Shown in pieces: positions 37,991 through 45,075 of a stretch of 64,000 nucleotides of DNA (position 1 is its first letter; each line of letters starts with the position of its first letter). Made by a program: the position numbers and the translations under genes. The stretch covers positions 124,001 through 188,000 of IMG/VR virus record IMGVR_UViG_3300022935_000005. One strand, written 5' to 3'. The notes under the pieces are model-generated. The model was given only the letters and a program-made list of their open reading frames with translations, searched no databases and was not told the origin of the DNA.

Positions 37991-39013
37991 ATGCACTTAG
38001 GCACTTATGAAGGTTTCACTGACTGTTATGTTGATATGATTTCAAAGGTCATGCGTGAACCGCAATACGAATCTGCACCTCGCGGCCAGAATATCAAAGA
38101 GATCCTCGGGGCTTCATTTACAATCAAGAACCCTCGTGACAGAATTCCTTACGTCGTAGGTCGTAAGTTTAGCATGAGTTACATGGTCGCTGAGCTGATA
38201 TGGTATCTTGCGGGTGATAATAGTACTGAGTGGATATCGAAGTATTCATCCTTCTGGAAAGATATTAGTGACGACGGTGTGACTGCAAATTCAGCGTATG
38301 GTGCCCGTCTCTTTAAGCCGCATGACAAGATTGCGCAGGGCAGATATACTCAGCTCGATTACGTGATTGAAGAGCTTAAACGAGATCCTGATTCTCGGCG
38401 AGCTGTCATGCATCTAAGAGTTCCAGATGACTCTATTGATGCGAAGCTTGATGTACCTTGTACACTAGCTCTACAGTTTTTTATTAGAAACGGTGCTCTA
38501 CACCAAGTTGCTAACATGAGAAGCTCGGACTTGATTTTTGGGATTGCTTACGATATTCCCGCATTCACAATGTTTCAAGAACTGATTGCAAATGAGCTTG
38601 GCGTTGATGTGGGTACGTACACTCACACAAGCAACTCACTCCATATCTACGAACGTCATTTTGATATGGCTGAAGAGATTACTAGAACGGGCCTCGTTGA
38701 TGAATCGCTGAATCTACAACAGGCAAATGGTCCTATGCCACCGCTGGTAGGTGATATCAAAGAAGTCCAAGAGAAGGTGGCTGAAGTCTACGAGTATGAA
38801 TCCCAACTACAGCGTTGCGAGAATTTACAGGATGTAATAAACCTACATGATTTAAGCCAGTCTTTCTCTGATTCTATGTTCCGTGATTTTGCAACTATTC
38901 TTACGTCATCTCGTCTAAGAAAACTTGGTCATAAAGCGGATGCGCGAGCAATGTCCGCGCAGACGTCCTTTAGCGGATATTCTTTTAATGTCAGGAGTAA
39001 CTCTAATGCATAA
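37991..39013 (+). CDS. dCMP hydroxymethylase-like thymidylate synthase homologue (T4 gp42-like)
   Basis: ELIWY, NSAYG, DSRRAV, PCT (Cys157), MRSSDLIFGIAYD with Asp188 at the ThyA Asn177 position, SLHIYERHF. Confidence 0.85.
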   Translation: MHLGTYEGFTDCYVDMISKVMREPQYESAPRGQNIKEILGASFTIKNPRDRIPYVVGRKFSMSYMVAELIWYLAGDNSTEWISKYSSFWKDISDDGVTANSAYGARLFKPHDKIAQGRYTQLDYVIEELKRDPDSRRAVMHLRVPDDSIDAKLDVPCTLALQFFIRNGALHQVANMRSSDLIFGIAYDIPAFTMFQELIANELGVDVGTYTHTSNSLHIYERHFDMAEEITRTGLVDESLNLQQANGPMPPLVGDIKEVQEKVAEVYEYESQLQRCENLQDVINLHDLSQSFSDSMFRDFATILTSSRLRKLGHKADARAMSAQTSFSGYSFNVRSNSNA

Positions 39014-40151
39014 GAAATACGACTACCTTATCGTAGGTGCTGGCCTTTTCGGTGCCACTTTCGCTCGGCAGCTGACTGATGCGGGATACACATGTCTAGT
39101 TGTTGATAGACGGAGCCACATCGGCGGGAATGTATACAGCGAAAAGAGAAACGGCATCGATGTTCACGTCTACGGTGCTCACATTTTCCACACTAATGAT
39201 GACCGTATTTGGGACTATGTAAATCGATTTACAGAGTTTAACAATTACATTAACAAGCCTAAGGTTCGGTACGGTAACAACATCTATTCTTTCCCGATCA
39301 ATTTGATGACTCTTCACCAGCTCTGGGGTGTTACGTCACCAGCAGAAGCAGAAGCAAAGCTAAAAGAGGTCAGGATTCCTTGTGAGAATCCCGACAATCT
39401 AGAAGATTGGATTCTATCACAGGTAGGCCCGGAGATCTATCAGACGTTCATTAGGGGGTACACGATGAAGCAGTGGCAGCGTGACCCAAGAGAGCTACCA
39501 GCCTCTATTATCAAGCGGCTACCGATTCGAATGATTTTCGAAGAGAATTACTTTTTTGACAAGTACCAAGGTATTCCAGTAGGCGGGTATACGCAAATGG
39601 TCGCGAATATGTTAGAGGGTATTGAGGTCAGGACAGGGGTCGAGTATTTTACCGACCGGTCAGAGCTTGAGTCCTTGGCACACAACGTAGTATTTACCGG
39701 TAAGGTCGATGAATATTTCGATTACTGTGAGGGTGAGCTAGAGTATCGAACCCTACGGTTCGAACATGAAGAGCTTGAGGGCGATTTTCAAGGTAACGCG
39801 GTTGTGAATTATACACATCCAGAAGTGCCCTTCACACGTATTCTAGAGCATAAGCATTTTCAGCCCCAGACGGCTTCGAAGATTGAGAACACAATCGTCA
39901 CTCGAGAGTATTCTGCAGAGTATAAGCGAGGAAAGACACCGTACTATCCGATCAACGATGCGCGAAATACTGCTCTATACCAAAAGTATGCTGCCATGAA
40001 AGCTGCGACTCCTAACGTCATTTTTGGCGGGAGGTTATCTGAATACAAGTACTATGATATGCATCAGGTGATCGGTTCTGCTCTTGTTAAGGCAAGAAAA
40101 GAAATTGAAAAACGTAAGAGCAACGACTACAATATAACAGTTGAATCATAA
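39006..40151 (+). CDS. glf: UDP-galactopyranose mutase
   Basis: VGAGLFG FAD motif, HIGGN, YGAHIFHT, YFFDKYQGIP, LEYRTL, TRILEHKHF, PYYP, GRLSEYKYYDMHQ. Confidence 0.95.
   Translation: MHKKYDYLIVGAGLFGATFARQLTDAGYTCLVVDRRSHIGGNVYSEKRNGIDVHVYGAHIFHTNDDRIWDYVNRFTEFNNYINKPKVRYGNNIYSFPINLMTLHQLWGVTSPAEAEAKLKEVRIPCENPDNLEDWILSQVGPEIYQTFIRGYTMKQWQRDPRELPASIIKRLPIRMIFEENYFFDKYQGIPVGGYTQMVANMLEGIEVRTGVEYFTDRSELESLAHNVVFTGKVDEYFDYCEGELEYRTLRFEHEELEGDFQGNAVVNYTHPEVPFTRILEHKHFQPQTASKIENTIVTREYSAEYKRGKTPYYPINDARNTALYQKYAAMKAATPNVIFGGRLSEYKYYDMHQVIGSALVKARKEIEKRKSNDYNITVES
40106..40133 (+). promoter_or_regulatory. Sigma70-like promoter TGAAAA-N16-TACAAT inside the 3' end of glf
   Basis: Recurring motif upstream of the glycosyltransferase. 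Confidence 0.55.
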
Positions 40152-40162
40152 GGAGATTTGTA

Positions 40163-41218
40163 ATGAGAGTACTTTATAGCTTTTGGGGCTTTATCACCCC
40201 GCTCGAAAAGAACACAGTTGTCAACACACCAGACGGTGAGCGAGGTAACAGGGTTGATTTTGTCAATGAACTAATGTCTCGAGGGCATACTCCAGTTCAG
40301 CTGCAGAAGATGCGCGATGAAGAGCAGTACCCAGGCGTTGAGTATGATGCAACTGGCTTCCCAGATGGTGACATTCTGTACGTTGAGTGGAGGTGGCCAA
40401 CTTGGAAGAACAGCGGAGAAAACCCAGCTGAATCTGATTACAATCGACAATGCGAGGTTCTTGATTACTATCACGCTCAGGGTGTTCCGATTATTATTCA
40501 CGACGGTGATTTGAAGATGACTCCTGAGGAAGAACTCCGATGGCCAAACGCTATTCTAGCAGATGCCTGTGTGTCACCGCAGCACCAGACCCGTAATCGT
40601 ATCACAATTCCGTGGTGCAATTACCTTAAGCGGTATTTCGAGCCAGTTGAGTATTCGTACAACTACACATACGTTGGAAACAACTACGAGCGAGAGGATC
40701 CATTTGAGAAGTATTATGTACAGCCCTCTCAGCGGCTTCGCATGGCCGGCCTACAGACATCCATCTACGGTAACTGGCTTCAAAAGTCTCCAGAGCGAAT
40801 TGATCCAGCTCTTTTGCTAGCCAAGACGCCAAGCGTTGCTTTTGGGCCACGTCTTTCCTACAAGGATATTTTCGCAGTCTTAAACGAGTCGATTACTGTG
40901 ACTCACATTACCAAGCCTGCTTACACTCCTTATGGGAACATCACAGGTCGATTCTTCGAGGCAATCAAGAGTAACGTTCCAGCCTTGGTGCCGATTGAGT
41001 TTCAGCATGCTGTTCCAGTGGGCCTTAAGGATGAGTCCCTACTCGTAAGAAGCGCTGACGATGTTGTTGAGAAAGTAAAGTGGCTTTCTACATTAAATGC
41101 TTCCGAGAGAAAAGCTCTTGTTGACGCTCAAGAAGAAGCATTACGAACCGTGATAAACCCTCATCCCGGATACCGAGTTGACCTTCTTGAAAGTGTTGCA
41201 GGAGATTTTATCCGATGA
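40163..41218 (+). CDS. DNA glycosyltransferase, T4 beta-glucosyltransferase-like (GT-B fold)
   Basis: 351 aa; HDGDLK, YVGNNYERE, YGNW, NITGRFFEAIKSNVPALVPIEF, VRSADDVVEKV, RKALVDAQEEAL match recalled T4 BGT segments in order. Confidence 0.7.
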   Translation: MRVLYSFWGFITPLEKNTVVNTPDGERGNRVDFVNELMSRGHTPVQLQKMRDEEQYPGVEYDATGFPDGDILYVEWRWPTWKNSGENPAESDYNRQCEVLDYYHAQGVPIIIHDGDLKMTPEEELRWPNAILADACVSPQHQTRNRITIPWCNYLKRYFEPVEYSYNYTYVGNNYEREDPFEKYYVQPSQRLRMAGLQTSIYGNWLQKSPERIDPALLLAKTPSVAFGPRLSYKDIFAVLNESITVTHITKPAYTPYGNITGRFFEAIKSNVPALVPIEFQHAVPVGLKDESLLVRSADDVVEKVKWLSTLNASERKALVDAQEEALRTVINPHPGYRVDLLESVAGDFIR

Positions 41219-41733
41219 AAGTAGCTTTTATTGGTCCTGACATGACTGGCAAGTCGAATATTGCTGAAGCGTTATCAGAGAGGTTGTCGATTCCAGTATT
41301 CAAGAACTCTGGAGAGTGGAAGACACAGCTGGATAGCCCAAATTACTTCCTGAACTTGCTTCGTTACGGCGGTCCGTTTTTAATGGATTTTATGAAGCAG
41401 ACCAACGTAAGCGTTATTCTGGACAGGTTCTACCCTTGTGAGCTAGTATACTCTCAAGCGTTCGATAGAGACACTGATCATCAAGCCATCGCGTGGATGG
41501 ATGAGCAGTTTTCGAATGAAGGAGGAGTCTTTATTCTTTGCCTGAGAAAAGATTATTCTGGACTAGTCGATGATGTATTCCCAGAAGACCTCCCTGGGGA
41601 GAAACTAGAAGAGATTGGCTCTCTTTATAAGGATTTTGCGAAGTGGTCCCAATGTGAAGTGATGACTCTATACACTGATGATTGGGATATCAATAGACAG
41701 ATTAAAGACATAACTGATTTTTTGGGAGTTTGA
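41215..41733 (+). CDS. dNMP kinase (thymidylate kinase-like)
   Basis: P-loop GPDMTGKS; ILDRFYPCELVY. Confidence 0.8.
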   Translation: MKVAFIGPDMTGKSNIAEALSERLSIPVFKNSGEWKTQLDSPNYFLNLLRYGGPFLMDFMKQTNVSVILDRFYPCELVYSQAFDRDTDHQAIAWMDEQFSNEGGVFILCLRKDYSGLVDDVFPEDLPGEKLEEIGSLYKDFAKWSQCEVMTLYTDDWDINRQIKDITDFLGV

Positions 41734-41734
41734 C

Positions 41735-42727
41735 ATGAGTTTGCGTAAAGCGTTAGTTACAGGGTGTTGTGGTTTTATTGGATCTCATCTTACTAGGATG
41801 TTAGTAGGACAAGGTTGGTACGTAGAGGGTGTTGATGATTTGTCGAACGGCGATCTTACATCTATCGATGACCTAAAATTCAGAGCAGTACATGATTCTT
41901 TGTTACCGTTCTATAATGCTGAACCCTCGGCTGGTAGTCTTCTTGTGATGACGTGCGATTTCGCTTCGCCAGCTGTCTTAGAGAGGGTTACAACTGGAAG
42001 TTATGATGTTATTTTCCATCTTGCTGCAAACCCCCGTGTTGAGTTCTCCGTACAAAATCCAGCTTTGACAACTAATGATAACGTTCAAAAGACTGTAGAG
42101 CTGATGTCAGCCGCAAGAAATAATATCGATCGTTTTGTCTTCGCTGCTTCTTCTGCCGCATATGGAAACGGTGTAGAGTTGCCTACTACAGAACAAGAGC
42201 AGTGTAATCCCACTTCACCATATGGTCTACAGAAGCTTGTTGTAGAGCAATTCGGTAAGCTGTATAGTGAGTTATACGGCATGGATTTTGCCGCCTTGAG
42301 GTTCTTCAATGTGTACGGTCCAGGTCAGGACGGGACTAGCCCTTACTCAACAGCAATATCTGCTTGGTGCACACGCCTAAAGAAAGGTGAGCCTCTACGA
42401 AGTGATGGTGACGGCCAGCAGTCAAGAGATCTAGTCTATGTCGAAGATGTAGCTAGCGCTCTAACGCAGGTAGCGAATCATCCAGAGAGACTTGGGTTTG
42501 AGGTCTTTAATGTTGGGACCGGTATTGCCTTGACGAACAAAGAAGTTCTAGATCATCTGACAAAGCTGTTTCCTGATGCTGAAGTAAATCATGCTCCTGA
42601 AAGACCTGGCGACGTTAAGCACACTCTAGCTGCCGCTGATCACATCAAGGAGAAAATTGGGTGGGAACCTAAGGTTGAATTTTGGGATGGTCTGACAGCC
42701 ACACTAGAGTGGTGGAAGCTAGCATGA
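41735..42727 (+). CDS. NAD-dependent NDP-sugar epimerase/dehydratase (extended SDR, GalE/WbpP-like)
   Basis: TGCCGFIGSH, FHLAA, ASSAAYG, YGLQK, LRFFNVYG, GDGQQSRD. Confidence 0.9.
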   Translation: MSLRKALVTGCCGFIGSHLTRMLVGQGWYVEGVDDLSNGDLTSIDDLKFRAVHDSLLPFYNAEPSAGSLLVMTCDFASPAVLERVTTGSYDVIFHLAANPRVEFSVQNPALTTNDNVQKTVELMSAARNNIDRFVFAASSAAYGNGVELPTTEQEQCNPTSPYGLQKLVVEQFGKLYSELYGMDFAALRFFNVYGPGQDGTSPYSTAISAWCTRLKKGEPLRSDGDGQQSRDLVYVEDVASALTQVANHPERLGFEVFNVGTGIALTNKEVLDHLTKLFPDAEVNHAPERPGDVKHTLAAADHIKEKIGWEPKVEFWDGLTATLEWWKLA

Positions 42728-43155
42728 ATCGCTCTGCCTGGCGTGGCAAGTCCTCGAAAATAAAGAAGCCATGGGGCTTCGAAATAAAGTGGACCGGCCT
42801 TTTTAATGGAAAAGAGATTCATATCTCTGATGGGAAAAGAACGAGTCTGAAGTTTAACTCTCACAAAAGCGAGATTCTTTACGTGTCAGTAGGAAGAGTT
42901 AGTATTGAATGTGCAGATGAGAATCACTTTTTAGATCCCGTAGGATCCCCGTCAAGGCTCGTTGAATTAAAGGCTGGTGAATTCATTAATGTCCAAGCAG
43001 GCTGTCCTTATAGGGTGACAGCATTAATGAATAGCATAGTGTTTGAAATATCTGATAATACTTCAGATGTTGGAAGGATTATTCTAGAAGATGATTATGG
43101 GAGAGAAGTGGATCAAACTGGCATGTGGATATTTAATCCTCCAAAGTCAGAGTAA
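42724..43155 (+). CDS. Cupin-fold protein (sugar isomerase-like), metal histidines apparently absent
   Basis: KPWG...SLKFNSHKSE...GCPYRV...FEIS...LEDDYGR. Confidence 0.65.
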   Translation: MNRSAWRGKSSKIKKPWGFEIKWTGLFNGKEIHISDGKRTSLKFNSHKSEILYVSVGRVSIECADENHFLDPVGSPSRLVELKAGEFINVQAGCPYRVTALMNSIVFEISDNTSDVGRIILEDDYGREVDQTGMWIFNPPKSE

Positions 43156-43178
43156 AAGTTAGTGAAGATGCCTATAAT
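43151..43178 (+). promoter_or_regulatory. Sigma70-like promoter AGTAAA-N16-TATAAT
   Basis: Recurring motif. Confidence 0.5.
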
Positions 43179-43187
43179 GGAGTATAC

Positions 43188-44066
43188 ATGAGCACACTAG
43201 ATCCTAATTCAGTAAACGTAGTAATCTATCACGCCGATTGTACCGATGGATTCGGCGCCGCCTACTCTGCATGGAAGTGCTTGGGCAATAGAGCAGAATA
43301 CTACCCATGCAAGCACGGGACAGAGCCACCCAACGTGAAAGGAAAGAATGTTGTCATTCTTGACTTTTCATTTAACAATGAAACGACAAAGAAGATGATC
43401 GAAGAGTCTGCCGCACTCTTGATTATCGACCACCACAAGTCTGCGATGGTTGAGCTTCATGACATTCCTAACACGCATTTCGATATGACAAAGTCAGGTG
43501 CGATGCTTTCATGGGAATTCTTTCACCCTGGGAAAGAGCCACCGAAGTTTATCAAATACATCATGGATAGAGACTTGTGGACCTGGGAACTTGACTACTC
43601 AAAAGAGTTCTCTGCCGCGTTCGATATGGTTCCTTTTGAGTTCGAAGAATTTGAAAAGTTTGAAGATGATTCCGTCTTTGACGATGCAGTGAAGAGAGGC
43701 TCATACATTCTTGCTTATAGTAAGACTGTTATAAAGAAAGTCTGCGAAAAAGCACAACAAAGAAAACTGGATGACAAAGATGTCTTAGTTGTCAATGCAT
43801 CTCACTGGATGTCAGAGATTGGTGCTCGTCTAGCTCCTGATTGCGATTTTGCTTTAATCTGGTACTGGGATCACGAGGAGGGCCACACAAAGGTTAGTCT
43901 CCGTTCATTCCATGATACTGTTGATGTAGCTGAGGTCGCAAAAAGGTTTGGCGGCGGCGGCCATAGAAAGGCTTCCGGGTTCCAGCTCCCAAAGGGATCC
44001 CACATAGAGGATATATTTGATAAACCAAAAAAGACCTTGAGGTCCAGAAAGAAGCAGGAAGAGTAA
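43188..44066 (+). CDS. DHH/DHHA1 phosphoesterase
   Basis: YHADCTDG, ILDFS, IDHH, VSLRS, GGGGHRKASG. Confidence 0.9.
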   Translation: MSTLDPNSVNVVIYHADCTDGFGAAYSAWKCLGNRAEYYPCKHGTEPPNVKGKNVVILDFSFNNETTKKMIEESAALLIIDHHKSAMVELHDIPNTHFDMTKSGAMLSWEFFHPGKEPPKFIKYIMDRDLWTWELDYSKEFSAAFDMVPFEFEEFEKFEDDSVFDDAVKRGSYILAYSKTVIKKVCEKAQQRKLDDKDVLVVNASHWMSEIGARLAPDCDFALIWYWDHEEGHTKVSLRSFHDTVDVAEVAKRFGGGGHRKASGFQLPKGSHIEDIFDKPKKTLRSRKKQEE

Positions 44067-44069
44067 TTG

Positions 44070-44624
44070 ATGAGTAAGGTTTATTCTACGATCTTAGCCG
44101 ATCCACCCTGGATGCAACGTGGAGGTGGTAAATCAAAACGAGGTGCTGACAGGCACTACCCTTTGATGAAAGAGGCAGATATCAAGAAAGTCATGTCTGA
44201 CATGCTGGATGGCAAAGTGGCCGACAATGCTCACATGTATATGTGGGTCGCCAATAACCACCTTCCTGAAGCGCTGAGAATAATAGAGCATCTGGGTTTC
44301 AAATATATCACCAATCTTGTATGGGCTAAGACTCATTTCGGTTTAGGAAGGTACTTCCGCGGCCAGCATGAGCTGTGCATATTCGCTACTAAGGGCCGCG
44401 GCTTTTCTGCTAGGACACAAGCTAATAACGTTCCCTCCCTTATTGGGGGTAAACTAGTTTCTCCTACCCGCCACAGTGCGAAGCCCGCCGAGATGTACGA
44501 ATTGATAGAAGGTAGAAGTGAGGGCCCCTTTCTGGAGCTGTTTGCGAGGACGAGACGCCCCGGCTGGGATGCGTTGGGTAATGAAGTACCTGAGGAAAAA
44601 GATGCAAAGACCGAACTGGGATGA
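44070..44624 (+). CDS. MT-A70 family N6-adenine (or N4-cytosine) methyltransferase
   Basis: ILADPPW, HYPLM, GLGRYFRGQHE, HSAKP, LELFAR, WDALGNE. Confidence 0.9.
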   Translation: MSKVYSTILADPPWMQRGGGKSKRGADRHYPLMKEADIKKVMSDMLDGKVADNAHMYMWVANNHLPEALRIIEHLGFKYITNLVWAKTHFGLGRYFRGQHELCIFATKGRGFSARTQANNVPSLIGGKLVSPTRHSAKPAEMYELIEGRSEGPFLELFARTRRPGWDALGNEVPEEKDAKTELG

Positions 44625-45021
44625 CATATGGATGAAGTTTGCCTATTTGATTGCTGACCGGTCATATGACCCGCGTCACAAGGTGGGTTCTGTAGTTGTT
44701 ACTGACTCAAACACACAAGTGCTAGCAATAGGCTACAATGGAAATTATTCAGGCGGTCCAAATGAAGTCGAGTCAAACACACCTGGCGAGTCTGGCATGA
44801 TCCACGCGGAGATCAATGCAATGATAAAGCTAGACTTCAATAATCCGAATAGAAAGATAATGTATTTGACGCTAAGTCCTTGTCGAGCCTGCGCGAAAGC
44901 TATTGTCAATGGTGGCATTTCTGAGGTGGTGTACAGCGAAGAATATCGCGATACTTCTGGCTTAGAACTACTAAGTCACGCAGGAGTCAAAGTCAGAAGG
45001 CACGATATTAAGCAACTCTAG
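44602..45021 (+). CDS. dCMP deaminase
   Basis: RPNWD, GYNG, HAEINA, PCRAC. Confidence 0.9.
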   Translation: MQRPNWDDIWMKFAYLIADRSYDPRHKVGSVVVTDSNTQVLAIGYNGNYSGGPNEVESNTPGESGMIHAEINAMIKLDFNNPNRKIMYLTLSPCRACAKAIVNGGISEVVYSEEYRDTSGLELLSHAGVKVRRHDIKQL

Positions 45022-45031
45022 ATGACTTTGT

Positions 45032-45038
45032 ATATTTA
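45032..45038 (+). promoter_or_regulatory. Putative late promoter ATATTTA
   Basis: At the start of the acidic-protein block. Confidence 0.5.
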
Positions 45039-45075
45039 ATGATGTTACGTTTAGCTATGATGGAGATGTGATAGC

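Noticed and set aside
39006-42727. Reading glf + epimerase + glycosyltransferase as an LPS/capsule or virion-glycosylation cassette
   Set aside because: The genes are interleaved with a dCMP-type hydroxymethylase and a dNMP kinase, and the transferase has BGT-like motifs; no flippase, polymerase or other surface-glycan genes are present. Less likely, but not formally excluded
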